IMG/VR virus record: IMGVR_UViG_3300032092_000001
Source of the DNA: a virus
Taxonomy: Duplodnaviria; Caudoviricetes
Strand: one strand, 5' to 3'
DNA: 64,000 nt
Shown: in pieces, positions 27,661 through 37,132 of the stretch
How the letters are laid out: every line of letters begins with the position of its first letter
Position numbering within the stretch: position 1 is the stretch's first letter
Translations under genes and position numbers: made by a program
The notes under the pieces: generated by a model
Database searches by the model: none
What the model was told of the DNA's origin: nothing
What the model saw: only the letters and a program-made list of their open reading frames with translations

Positions 27661-28545
27661 TTATTCAATGATTGTTGAAAGTTTTTTTAAATATTTCCCG
27701 TATGAATTCTTTGAGTATTTCTCGGCGTGTTTCTCTAACTGACTAACGTCAATCCACTCATTATTATACGCTATTTCTTCAATACAACCGACCATAAGAC
27801 CTTGTCTCTCTTGAATGGTCTCAACATATTGTCCTGCTTGGTTTAATGACTCAAATGTTCCCGTATCAAGCCAAGCTACACCTCTTGGTAACTTATATAC
27901 ACTCAACAACTCCCAATCTAAATAATGTTGAATAACATCTGTGATTTCAAGTTCACCTCTCTCGGATGGTTTAACATTATGTACAACTTTAACTACTGAA
28001 TTGTCAAAGAAATATAAACCTGGAACTGCATAGTTTGATTTTGGTTTCTTTGGTTTCTCCTGAATACCTGTGACATTCCCTTTCTTATCAAAAGACAACA
28101 CACCATATCTTTCAGGGTCATTAACCTGATAACCAAATATTAATGCACCAACAACTATTTCTTTACTCAATTTCTTAATCCGTTCTTTTACCTTATCGGT
28201 ATCAATACCATAGAATATATTGTCACCAAGAATTAAACAAACCGAATCATCACCAATGAATTTCTCACCGATTATAAATGCTTCAGCAAGTCCATTTGGT
28301 TTCTCCTGAATCTCATAACTTAAACTAATCCCCCACTGACTTCCATCACCCAATAGATTTTGGAACAATGGTTTATCTTGTGGCGTGGATATAATAAGAA
28401 TATCATTTATCTCCATTGACATCAATGTTGCTAATGGATAATAAATCATCGGTTTATCATACACAGGTAACAATTGTTTGGTTACCGATAATGTAAGTGG
28501 ATGTAATCTTGTCCCTGAACCTCCTGCAAGTATTATTCCTTTCAT
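27661..28545 (-). CDS. rmlA: glucose-1-phosphate thymidylyltransferase
   Basis: [51 protein letters not shown]. Confidence 0.97.
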   Translation of the reverse strand: MKGIILAGGSGTRLHPLTLSVTKQLLPVYDKPMIYYPLATLMSMEINDILIISTPQDKPLFQNLLGDGSQWGISLSYEIQEKPNGLAEAFIIGEKFIGDDSVCLILGDNIFYGIDTDKVKERIKKLSKEIVVGALIFGYQVNDPERYGVLSFDKKGNVTGIQEKPKKPKSNYAVPGLYFFDNSVVKVVHNVKPSERGELEITDVIQHYLDWELLSVYKLPRGVAWLDTGTFESLNQAGQYVETIQERQGLMVGCIEEIAYNNEWIDVSQLEKHAEKYSKNSYGKYLKKLSTIIE

Positions 28546-28784
28546 TCTTCCGTGACTGTAATCTTTATTCTCTTACCGTTTAAATAGATAGGAGTGATTG
28601 TTGTTCTTTCATCCATTGAAATTGTTTTACCACCAATCTCAACTTTATACAATGACATACTCTCGTTCTCTTGTCTTGACCAGTAATCAAGTCCTCGGGC
28701 AATTTCGTTTGTTACCCATTTTACTTCCCAATTATTGTTTTCCATATTCAATTTTTTTCCATTTATTATCAGAGTCCAACTCAA
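28542..28784 (-). CDS. hypothetical protein
   Basis: ATGA-coupled to rmlA; start uncertain. Confidence 0.55.
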   Translation of the reverse strand: MSWTLIINGKKLNMENNNWEVKWVTNEIARGLDYWSRQENESMSLYKVEIGGKTISMDERTTITPIYLNGKRIKITVTEE

Positions 28785-29211
28785 ATTCTCCGATGAACTC
28801 TTGTTTCCACTGCGTTGGTTTTATTAATGATAAGAAAGTTTCCCCATTATTTCTACGATACAAGTAATATTTTTCACCAATGATGGGTTGGAAATTATAA
28901 TTTGCAGAATAAACCATCTGATTCCATTCAAATTCCTCAACCAATTTGTTATACTGTTCTTTTATTTCCTCATACTTCTTGTTGAAGTAATGGTTTGTCT
29001 TCAGTATCTTCTCGTTCTTCCAAGTTGATATGTTATCAGGAATAATCACAGGAGCCCCGACATTGGTTGCGTATGGAAGAAGGTGAGCATAATACCCACG
29101 CTCTTCACTCCAAACAACATTGTCAGGATATCTCTTTTTTTTTGGTGTGTCGTATGCCATCACGCTTGGTAAATCAGAATACTGACACCATAAATCATCA
29201 TTTTGTTCCAT
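28732..29211 (-). CDS. DUF2452-like protein
   Basis: LPYATNVGAP...F..KYEEIKEQY...YSANYNFQPIIGEKYYLY. Confidence 0.75.
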   Translation of the reverse strand: MEQNDDLWCQYSDLPSVMAYDTPKKKRYPDNVVWSEERGYYAHLLPYATNVGAPVIIPDNISTWKNEKILKTNHYFNKKYEEIKEQYNKLVEEFEWNQMVYSANYNFQPIIGEKYYLYRRNNGETFLSLIKPTQWKQEFIGEFELDSDNKWKKIEYGKQ

Positions 29212-30101
29212 TATAGAATACTTAAATATCTTTCACCTCTATCACATAAAAATGTAACAACAATACCCTCAGGTTTAGTTTCTTCAACATATCTCTCAGC
29301 AGCTAATATATTTGCACCTGCGGATATACCAACAAAAATACCCATCTCTTTGGATAATTGTCTTGCTCTTTCTTTCGCGTCCTCAGTTTTTATTCTAATA
29401 ATGTTATCAACAAATTTTAAATCAACCAAGAATTTACTACCGTCACCAATTCCTTGAATTCCGTGAATCCCTGGTTGTCCTCCGCTCATCACAGGTGATT
29501 CATCAGGCTCAACCGCAATAACTTCCATAGTTGGAAAGTCCTTCTTTAAAGTTAATCCCGCACCCATCAATGTCCCTCCTGTTCCAGTTCCTGTAATAAA
29601 CCCTGAAACCGATTCATCCATCACTCTAACTTGATTAATGATTTCCTTTGCGGTTGTTTCAATATGTGATTGAATGTTTAACTGACTATCAAACTGATTG
29701 CAGTTAAACCATCCGTTATTTTCTGATAGTTCGTTTCGTAATCTGATTGCCCCGTCAAAATCACCAGCGTCAACCTCAATAAGTTCAGCCCCGAACAAAC
29801 GTAACATTTGTTTTCTTTCCTCACTCATATTGGATGGCATAACAATCTTGCAATTATAACCTCTTTCAGATGCCAACCAAGCAAATGATATTCCCATATT
29901 ACCTGATGTTGCCTCAATAATGGTATCACCTTTTTTAAGTAATCCATTCATTTCAGCATCATTGATAATGTAAGAAGCGGGTCTGTCTTTAATTGAACCT
30001 GTCGGATTTAGTAATTCGGCTTTCGCGTAAATCTTGTCAGTAATTTTAATAAGTGGTGTGTTTCCTATATAATCTGATAATTTCATATTAGTGTGTTCCA
30101 T
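29211..30101 (-). CDS. cysK: cysteine synthase (PLP-dependent)
   Basis: IGNTPL, KAELLNPTGSIKDR, EATSGNMG, GTGTGGT, HGIQGIG, CDRGERYLS. Confidence 0.95.
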   Translation of the reverse strand: MEHTNMKLSDYIGNTPLIKITDKIYAKAELLNPTGSIKDRPASYIINDAEMNGLLKKGDTIIEATSGNMGISFAWLASERGYNCKIVMPSNMSEERKQMLRLFGAELIEVDAGDFDGAIRLRNELSENNGWFNCNQFDSQLNIQSHIETTAKEIINQVRVMDESVSGFITGTGTGGTLMGAGLTLKKDFPTMEVIAVEPDESPVMSGGQPGIHGIQGIGDGSKFLVDLKFVDNIIRIKTEDAKERARQLSKEMGIFVGISAGANILAAERYVEETKPEGIVVTFLCDRGERYLSIL

Positions 30102-30324
30102 TTGTTAATGATATTCCGTGTTTTAAACCTGTAATAAAATCATTTAATTCTTCATCAGTTGATAGATATTGTCCAAGAGCAATTCCTATTTCATTACCAA
30201 CATCAGATATGTCTCCATTAGGGTAATTAATATTCTCCAATTGAGTTTTGATACGATTTAAAATGTGTTTAAAGTCATCCATATTATCCCATATAATAAT
30301 TGTAAGGTTTATAAACATAAACAT
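30088..30324 (-). CDS. hypothetical protein
   Basis: ORF; start uncertain. Confidence 0.55.
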   Translation of the reverse strand: MFMFINLTIIIWDNMDDFKHILNRIKTQLENINYPNGDISDVGNEIGIALGQYLSTDEELNDFITGLKHGISLTNGTH

Positions 30325-30571
30325 TTCCGTATACTCTACATTCTCCGTGACCTGTATAAGTTTTCAACAGGTATAATTCAGCATCTTCATAAGAGTTGTG
30401 GACTATACCTCTATATTTAGGACCTTCATTACATCCGATTTCTCTCCATCCAAACCATTTCTTTTGTTCCACAATCCAATAACCTTTTCTGTCTTCGTTT
30501 CCTGAATTCTCAATGATTTCTACTATTCTAAATTTTGTCATAATTAATCTTTTATTACTACTCTTAAACAA
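30284..30571 (-). CDS. hypothetical protein
   Basis: ORF; start probably MTKFRIV. Confidence 0.55.
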   Translation of the reverse strand: MFKSSNKRLIMTKFRIVEIIENSGNEDRKGYWIVEQKKWFGWREIGCNEGPKYRGIVHNSYEDAELYLLKTYTGHGECRVYGNVYVYKPYNYYMG

Positions 30572-30702
30572 TTCTTCTTAATATACTCAACATCATAACA
30601 AGGAGCACCTTCTGGATAAATGCATAAATGTTTCATTTTTGTATCATATAACACATCTGATGTGTCAATATGAGTTACAGGTTCTAAAGTTGCGGTCATA
30701 GG

Positions 30703-31770
30703 TTAATTACTTAATGGTGCTTTAATTGATGGGTGTGATTGGTAGTTCTCCAAAATAACATCATTAATAGATGAACAATGGATACCACCTCTAACACTAA
30801 CCTTTGGTAAGTCGTATGGTTCTCTACCAATCTGTTCTTTTGCTTGTTCAATATGATTTAGGTAAATGTGAGTATCACCCAAGTTACCAATCAACTCATC
30901 AGGAACCATATTTACTTCATCAGCAATCATAGTCAATAACAATCCATAACTTGCAATGTTGAATGGTAAACCTAAGAATGTATCTACTGAACGTTGATTC
31001 CACATTAAAGAGATTGCTCTGGTTGGAATATTTTTATCATCTAAATAATCTAGTGTGTTAATCATTCCAAGTCCATTACCATCGTATGGTTTATCTGAAT
31101 AAAGAGCCCATCTTTCGTCAAAACTTAAAACTCTCGTATACATTTGAAATCCATAGTGACAAGGTGGAAGTACCATTTGGTCTAATTCACCTGGATTCCA
31201 AGCATTAACCATCATTCGTCTTGAGTCTGGATTTGTTTTAAGGTCACGGATTAGGTTTGCAATTTGGTCTATACCGTTCCAACTTGTCTTTGCACCTACT
31301 ATGTCTCCTTTACCGTTATCTACATACTTAAATACGTTCTTATACGAACCCCAACCCCTCCATTGCTTACCATAAATCGGACCTAATTCGCCCCACTTAT
31401 AAGCAAACTCATCATCTGTTTTGATTTTGTTTATGAATTCTTCTTGTGTTAATGTCTCAACTTGGGTTGATACTCCAGCAATAACCGAATACCTCTTATA
31501 AGCATCACCATCCCAAATATGACAATTGTTATCAACAAGGTATTTGATATTGGTATCACCTTTTAAAAACCATAGTAATTCAGTTACCATAGTTTTCCAA
31601 GCCATCTTCTTGGTTGTAAGAAGTGGAAAACCATCTTTCATATTATGACGAATGGCATAACCAAAAATTGATTTGGTTCCTGTACCAGTTCGGTCTTTCT
31701 TCTCCACCCCAAAATCTAAAATGGTTTGGAGTAATGTTTGATATTGTTTATCTAACTTATTCATTTTCAT
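30703..31770 (-). CDS. thyA: thymidylate synthase
   Basis: DRTGTGT, ELLWFLKG, LGPIYGKQWR, LPPCH, QRSVDTFLGLPFN, HIYLNH. Confidence 0.97.
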   Translation of the reverse strand: MKMNKLDKQYQTLLQTILDFGVEKKDRTGTGTKSIFGYAIRHNMKDGFPLLTTKKMAWKTMVTELLWFLKGDTNIKYLVDNNCHIWDGDAYKRYSVIAGVSTQVETLTQEEFINKIKTDDEFAYKWGELGPIYGKQWRGWGSYKNVFKYVDNGKGDIVGAKTSWNGIDQIANLIRDLKTNPDSRRMMVNAWNPGELDQMVLPPCHYGFQMYTRVLSFDERWALYSDKPYDGNGLGMINTLDYLDDKNIPTRAISLMWNQRSVDTFLGLPFNIASYGLLLTMIADEVNMVPDELIGNLGDTHIYLNHIEQAKEQIGREPYDLPKVSVRGGIHCSSINDVILENYQSHPSIKAPLSN

Positions 31771-31865
31771 TATTTAATATTTCTTGTCCTCTTTTACTTA
31801 CAATACGATGAGCGTCGTTATCAAAGAAACTCCACACCATTTGAAATGGATGTAGTATCGCAATT

Positions 31866-32117
31866 TTAAATGATGTCTTCCAATCCATCAATTTCATCTC
31901 TCAATCCGTTAATCTTTGAATGAACATACTCTTCAATCTCGTGAGATATCTCCAAATACTTTCTCCTCAATTCGTGGAACTTCTCATCCTCAACTTCTTT
32001 GAATGATGAATAGTTTTTGAAACAATAATGGAAACCCTCATTCTCCATTCTATAACGAACCATTTCAAACTTTTCAAGTTCTTCGTGTAGTTTATCAATT
32101 TTTTCCATATACTTCAT
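31866..32117 (-). CDS. hypothetical protein
   Basis: 83-aa ORF. Confidence 0.6.
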   Translation of the reverse strand: MKYMEKIDKLHEELEKFEMVRYRMENEGFHYCFKNYSSFKEVEDEKFHELRRKYLEISHEIEEYVHSKINGLRDEIDGLEDII

Positions 32118-32950
32118 CTAAAATATTCATCGTAAAAAATATCTACCATTTCATCCATTTCTTTTATTTTATTATCAAAATGAGTAATAATTTTATCAGA
32201 AAACACATCTAATTTTGATTCTAAATTTTTAATTTCTTCAACTTTCTTATAATATTGATTAATTATTTTGTCAATTTTTTTGTCTTTAAATCCTGCAAAG
32301 TTGTTTTCTTCAGATAATATAATTTTGAAATTACCATTTTTGATTTTTTCTTTATAGTATCCATAAATTTCTTTTCTATCTCTATAATCAGAAAGTTCTC
32401 TTTCTAATTGTTTGGATTCAACTCTGAATATTATTTCTCTCCCTGAATTTAATAGGCTTTCAATAATATCTTCTAAAAGTTCTGTTGTATTTAATCTACG
32501 AGATGATGAAAAAACAAAATGAATATTAAAGTTTTCATCTTCTTTGTTTTTTTCTAACCAAAAAATAAATTTAAAATTACTTTTACCGTATGTTTTAATG
32601 AAAAAATTATTAATTTCATTTATAATATTTAAATTATCTTCTTTTGATATTTTAGTTTCTAAACTTCCTCTGAAATCATAATAAATAGCTTTAATATAAG
32701 ACCTATATTTTTTCTCATCTGTTATATCGTTTGGTTTTTTTCTCTCAAAGAAAAAATGTTTAAGAATTTTCCCATTAATAACCATTTCAGTTTGTTCTTG
32801 TTTGTCCTGATTTAGGGATTCTATTTTTTTTAATTTTGTGAGGGAAGAAAACTCTTCCATGCTTAAAATTCTCTTTAAATCTTTGTTAAAAGATTTTTCA
32901 CTAATACCTGTAATGTCAAGTATTTCTTTTTTTGTTAAGTATTTTTCCAT
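32114..32950 (-). CDS. very AT-rich protein with an N-terminal HTH-like segment
   Basis: YLTKKEILDITGISEKSF; composition unlike its neighbours. Confidence 0.6.
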   Translation of the reverse strand: MEKYLTKKEILDITGISEKSFNKDLKRILSMEEFSSLTKLKKIESLNQDKQEQTEMVINGKILKHFFFERKKPNDITDEKKYRSYIKAIYYDFRGSLETKISKEDNLNIINEINNFFIKTYGKSNFKFIFWLEKNKEDENFNIHFVFSSSRRLNTTELLEDIIESLLNSGREIIFRVESKQLERELSDYRDRKEIYGYYKEKIKNGNFKIILSEENNFAGFKDKKIDKIINQYYKKVEEIKNLESKLDVFSDKIITHFDNKIKEMDEMVDIFYDEYFR

Positions 32951-33462
32951 ATTTTATCTATTATTTGTTCGTAAGCTTCATCGTATTGTTTTCGTTGTTC
33001 TTCGGTCAATGACTCATATAAATTCAACATAAACCACTCGTCCATCTTATACGCAATCTTCAAATCTTTTAGGTAAGATTCACAATAACTCCCATCAGGA
33101 CTCATTTTACACATTGTCGCATTACAACAACCATCTTCACCACATCCCGAACATACAGGACAATATACAGAATCAACATCTCCATACTTCTCCCTGAACT
33201 CTTCATTGTGTTCCAGTTCGTGTTTAAACCATTCAAAACTTGGGATGTCTTCGTGACCTATGAAATTATCTGTGTATCTCTGATACAAGTTCCATTCAAT
33301 CGGGGGGTTGTTTAATTTTTCAAATATGGGTCCCATATCATCGGCCCATTTTTGTTTCCACTCCTCAAATGTAAGAGTAGATGATGGATTCTTTTCTAAA
33401 AAATTCCAATATTGTGTCTCTAATGTTGCCATATCATTCAAAAACTTGTATTTTAGTTTCAA
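32935..33462 (-). CDS. hypothetical protein with a Cys cluster
   Basis: YCPVCSGCGEDGCC..MC...YC. Confidence 0.65.
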   Translation of the reverse strand: MKLKYKFLNDMATLETQYWNFLEKNPSSTLTFEEWKQKWADDMGPIFEKLNNPPIEWNLYQRYTDNFIGHEDIPSFEWFKHELEHNEEFREKYGDVDSVYCPVCSGCGEDGCCNATMCKMSPDGSYCESYLKDLKIAYKMDEWFMLNLYESLTEEQRKQYDEAYEQIIDKIWKNT

Positions 33463-33796
33463 TTTCTTTTAGTTCCGTCCAATTACCCAAATAAGTAACC
33501 GCTCTTACCTTACGATTGTCAATCCAAATATATTCCTGACCATCTTTGATTCTTGGTTTATCCATAACCAACCCGTGATATTTAAATCCATTATCACCCA
33601 ACCAAGTTTCAGTAACATCCCTATCTTTACTCTCACGTGCGGTAAAAAATGTTATAACATTTCCTTCATCATACCACTTATTAATTATCCGTAATGCATC
33701 TGGATAACACTTTGCCGTTGGGTATAAATGTGACTCCTCATTTTTTATGTCATCACATATTGTCCCGTCAATATCAATTAAAAAAACTCTATTCAT
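33434..33796 (-). CDS. HAD-superfamily phosphatase-like protein
   Basis: FLIDIDGT, FFTAR, MDKPR, WIDN. Confidence 0.8.
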   Translation of the reverse strand: MNRVFLIDIDGTICDDIKNEESHLYPTAKCYPDALRIINKWYDEGNVITFFTARESKDRDVTETWLGDNGFKYHGLVMDKPRIKDGQEYIWIDNRKVRAVTYLGNWTELKEIETKIQVFE

Positions 33797-34020
33797 CTTA
33801 TAATATTAATCTCTGATTCAGTTTCAATTATCACACGTGCCCCACAGGACAACAATGTCTTTTCATTACCACCATACACAACACGACTAGGTCCCAAGAT
33901 TTCAACCTCGGAACAATAGGTGTTCTTTCTACCTTCTTTAATGGTAATGACAGGGTCTAACGTGTTGTTCTTTTTGTTAGCCCTTATTTTGTGTTGATTT
34001 ACGTGGATATACTTCTTCAC
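33793..34020 (-). CDS. small hypothetical phage protein
   Basis: IHVNQHKIRAN...LSCGARV. Confidence 0.7.
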   Translation of the reverse strand: MKKYIHVNQHKIRANKKNNTLDPVITIKEGRKNTYCSEVEILGPSRVVYGGNEKTLLSCGARVIIETESEINIIR

Positions 34021-34040
34021 TCCACAAAGATAATGCGGAA

Positions 34041-34481
34041 TTAGTGAAGAATCAAATATAATAGACCTAAATTAATAGCAACTGAACCAATTGCAATACC
34101 TCTCCATTTTTTCTTTTTGTCAGATTGTTTCTCTAACTTGTCTTTGGTTTTGGCATGTTCAATTACCTCGTTGTTATACTTTTCTCGTATTCTATTCGCC
34201 TCACTTTCCATATCAGTGAATAACTTATTCATATCAGCATTAGCCTTCTGTTCAGCCTTCAACTGATTATCACAATTATCTTTATAGATGTACAACTGCT
34301 CAATCTCTTTCTTCTGAGCCTTTTCAGTTTTGATAATTGTTAATAACAATAACTCTTGTGATTTACTGAAGAACACTCCTGTGTCACCTTCATATACTAT
34401 TCTATGGGGCTTCAAAACTTGACCAAACGCTGTCACGTTGAGCAAGATTAAGCTTACCAAGATTACTAATTTCTTTAGCAT
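34041..34481 (-). CDS. signal peptide + coiled coil + C-terminal TM protein (spanin-like)
   Basis: MLKKLVILVSLILLNVTAFGQ; C-terminal GIAIGSVAINLGLLYLILH. Confidence 0.5.
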   Translation of the reverse strand: MLKKLVILVSLILLNVTAFGQVLKPHRIVYEGDTGVFFSKSQELLLLTIIKTEKAQKKEIEQLYIYKDNCDNQLKAEQKANADMNKLFTDMESEANRIREKYNNEVIEHAKTKDKLEKQSDKKKKWRGIAIGSVAINLGLLYLILH

Positions 34482-34728
34482 TTTCTTCCTTGATGTATTT
34501 GATTTTAGTGATTACCTCACCTTGTTTATTATCGTATGCAATTCTTAAATCGGTCATTTGTTTGTTTAAACTATCAACCTGTGAACGAAGAGCATTTATT
34601 TTTGTCCCATCTTCCAATGTTACAGTAATTGGTTCACGATTTAATAAGATACCTACATAGATACCCATAGAAATAACAATAACACCTAATAGAATTTGAG
34701 ACCAGTATTTACTTAAAATATCTTTCAT
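34402..34728 (-). CDS. N-terminal TM + coiled-coil protein (i-spanin-like)
   Basis: Overlaps the next gene by 80 nt; TATTTAT upstream. Confidence 0.5.
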   Translation of the reverse strand: MKDILSKYWSQILLGVIVISMGIYVGILLNREPITVTLEDGTKINALRSQVDSLNKQMTDLRIAYDNKQGEVITKIKYIKEENAKEISNLGKLNLAQRDSVWSSFEAP

Positions 34729-34740
34729 ACTGATAAATAC

Positions 34741-34950
34741 TCACATCTTACTAATTGAGACGTAAGTATTTTTCCACCAACCAAAAATTTCATCTTTGAA
34801 TTCTTTCTCAGGTTTGAAGTCACCCATGTTAATTAAGACATCATCATGAAAAGATTCATTTGGGAATCTCATCTTCACTCTCGTCTTCTCTGACACATTG
34901 TTCAGCAAGTTTTTTTCCATATTCAACATTCCTTGTAAACGGATTATCAT
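34741..34950 (-). CDS. hypothetical protein
   Basis: ORF; real start likely downstream. Confidence 0.45.
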   Translation of the reverse strand: MIIRLQGMLNMEKNLLNNVSEKTRVKMRFPNESFHDDVLINMGDFKPEKEFKDEIFGWWKNTYVSISKM

Positions 34951-35083
34951 AACATAAGTCTTCGTTGTCCTTATAAACTGCCCACCACCATTTCTGTGGA
35001 CCCATCTGTTCTACACGAAGAATGTAATTCTTATATAAAGCAATGAAATCATTCTTATCTTGTTCTTTCCACTCCATTTCCAT
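34856..35083 (-). CDS. hypothetical protein
   Basis: ORF. Confidence 0.55.
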   Translation of the reverse strand: MEMEWKEQDKNDFIALYKNYILRVEQMGPQKWWWAVYKDNEDLCYDNPFTRNVEYGKKLAEQCVREDESEDEIPK

Positions 35084-35432
35084 ACTTGTCAGTTATCTCG
35101 TCGTTATTGTCTATGTAGAAGGCTATATCACCAATCTTTGGTTTCTTATTAGTATAATACATCACACCATTCTCAGCAACAACTTGCCATTTTGGTGTAT
35201 TCTTTTCATCTGATTTCTCAACACTTTGAACTCTAATCGGCCAAGGTTTACCTTGTATTTGTTCAACAACTAAACTATCAAACTCGGTTGGTTCCTCAAT
35301 GTTTTTTTGGATTTTAAGTTCCTGTTTTGGAGTTATTGGTTTAATCTTGGGTTCACTTGAAATTATTAGTACTGACGTTAATATTAATAAAGTCACTCCA
35401 ACAATAAAAAATGTCTTATCTGTTTTATCCAT
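35055..35432 (-). CDS. membrane-anchored hypothetical protein
   Basis: N-terminal TM; TATATTTG at 35437-35444. Confidence 0.7.
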   Translation of the reverse strand: MDKTDKTFFIVGVTLLILTSVLIISSEPKIKPITPKQELKIQKNIEEPTEFDSLVVEQIQGKPWPIRVQSVEKSDEKNTPKWQVVAENGVMYYTNKKPKIGDIAFYIDNNDEITDKYGNGVERTR

Positions 35433-35447
35433 AATACAAATATATAA

Positions 35448-35477
35448 TAAAAAACCCAGTTTTTCAACTGGGTTCTT
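35448..35477 (-). terminator. terminator closing the kinase operon
   Basis: AACCCAG...CTGGGTT hairpin. Confidence 0.7.
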
Positions 35478-35484
35478 AATTTAT

Positions 35485-35991
35485 TTAGAAGTTCTCATCT
35501 TCTTTATTTGTTTCATCATCTGTCAATGGTTCCTCGTATGGTAACAGCTCTTCATATGGTAGTGGTTCCTCAACAACAGGTTCAGGTGCCGGTTCTTGTC
35601 TTACGATAATAATTGGTTCTTGTGGAGGTCTTGGAGTTGTTGGGTATTCCGCAACATTAGATAAACTATTTCCATCTTCCTCGTCAACCTTTTGGATTAA
35701 CATCTTATCTCTATCTTCAGAGTTGAACCAATAGTCAACAACTTTATTAAGGTTACCAACGAAAGCTCCGAATAAAATTAATAACATTTCTTTCCAGTTC
35801 TCAGCAATTTCAATTTGGAACATAACCGCCATATTGATACCAAAAATTATAAAGAAAAACAAGAACAATACAATCCCTGTAATCTTCCATCTATTAGACT
35901 GCATTTGTTGCAACATATAATAGAAACGATTTTTATCTTCCACCTTCACATAAGGGGTTTCACCAAATAACATTCTTTTTAATCTACTCAT
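35485..35991 (-). CDS. two-TM holin-like protein with a Pro/Glu-rich tail
   Basis: LLILFGAFVGNLNKVVDYWFNS resembles 3TM-holin motifs. Confidence 0.5.
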   Translation of the reverse strand: MSRLKRMLFGETPYVKVEDKNRFYYMLQQMQSNRWKITGIVLFLFFFIIFGINMAVMFQIEIAENWKEMLLILFGAFVGNLNKVVDYWFNSEDRDKMLIQKVDEEDGNSLSNVAEYPTTPRPPQEPIIIVRQEPAPEPVVEEPLPYEELLPYEEPLTDDETNKEDENF

Positions 35992-36008
35992 TTTTTTATT
36001 TTTTATTT

Positions 36009-36695
36009 TTATTTATCATCTTTGTTAGGTGTTGCACCATATTTCACCCCAAGTATTGTTCCCACGATACTGAAACTATTTGTTAACAGAATACCGAACA
36101 TATTACTCCAAGTGGAGCCGATAATATCTGTATCCATTCCTATTGTCATAGAATAAACATATATTCCAGTAGTTATGGTTCCAACACCAATGATTACATA
36201 AAGAGCAACTCTAACAATATTATTAATTAACTCAAACTGAGTTTTCTTCTGTATCACATCTAAATTGTTTTCAGCTTCGTTTTTAGCATTTTCCGCAGTT
36301 ATTCTAGCTTGTTCTGATTTAACCATTTCCTGTTGGAGCTCATCTGTCAATCTTAAATTCTCCTGTTTCCATTCATTTAGTTCTCTGTTTTGAACTTCAA
36401 CTGTTAGTTTTGACTCCTCAACATTTTTTAATGTCTCTTGGAGTTCTTCCATCATTCTTTGGTTTTCATCGTTGAGTGTGGTTAAATCTTTGTTTTGAAC
36501 CTGAACTTGTTTGGTTATTTCTAAACGTTTCCGTCTTGATGATATATCTTTTTCAATACAAGTTTTAAGATACTCTTTAAACTCTTCGTCATTTTGAGCA
36601 TCTATTAATTTAGTAATGTTACCTTCAAGACCAATGTTCTTGGTCTTCAAAGTTTCAATTAATATCTTCTTTGTATCTTTATCTAAAACAATCAT
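36009..36695 (-). CDS. coiled-coil protein with two C-terminal TMs
   Basis: Long heptad region then two hydrophobic helices; coupled to the receiver gene. Confidence 0.7.
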   Translation of the reverse strand: MIVLDKDTKKILIETLKTKNIGLEGNITKLIDAQNDEEFKEYLKTCIEKDISSRRKRLEITKQVQVQNKDLTTLNDENQRMMEELQETLKNVEESKLTVEVQNRELNEWKQENLRLTDELQQEMVKSEQARITAENAKNEAENNLDVIQKKTQFELINNIVRVALYVIIGVGTITTGIYVYSMTIGMDTDIIGSTWSNMFGILLTNSFSIVGTILGVKYGATPNKDDK

Positions 36696-37123
36696 TTATA
36701 AACTTTGAATGGCGCGGTTCTGTTTTTATATCCTTCGTAATCTTTTCTAAACTCTTCTAATCTTGGTTCAATATCATCTGACTTAATAATCCAAAACTGA
36801 GCACCTGCTTGAATGGCTTTAGCTTGTTCTTCAGGTTCGTTGCTTGAAGATATAATACCAATAACCACATGGTTACCATATTCAAAATTAACCTTACGGA
36901 TAAGTTCAATACCATCAAATGATGAACCGATAATGTTTAAATCAACAAACACACACTCAGGTTTTCCGTCTGAATTTTTTTGCCAATCAGCAAATAATTT
37001 AGCCGCCTCGTCAGAACTATTTAAACTCTTTAATGACAATGTAATGTCTAACAAGGAGCAACTGTCCTCAAAAACCAAGTGGAACAAATCCTCATCATCC
37101 ACTAACAAAATTGAATCAATCAT
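36692..37123 (-). CDS. stand-alone response regulator receiver (CheY-like)
   Basis: ILLVDDED, VFVDLNI..DGIEL, IISSS, AGAQFWIIKS. Confidence 0.9.
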   Translation of the reverse strand: MIDSILLVDDEDLFHLVFEDSCSLLDITLSLKSLNSSDEAAKLFADWQKNSDGKPECVFVDLNIIGSSFDGIELIRKVNFEYGNHVVIGIISSSNEPEEQAKAIQAGAQFWIIKSDDIEPRLEEFRKDYEGYKNRTAPFKVYK

Positions 37124-37132
37124 GTTTTTTCT

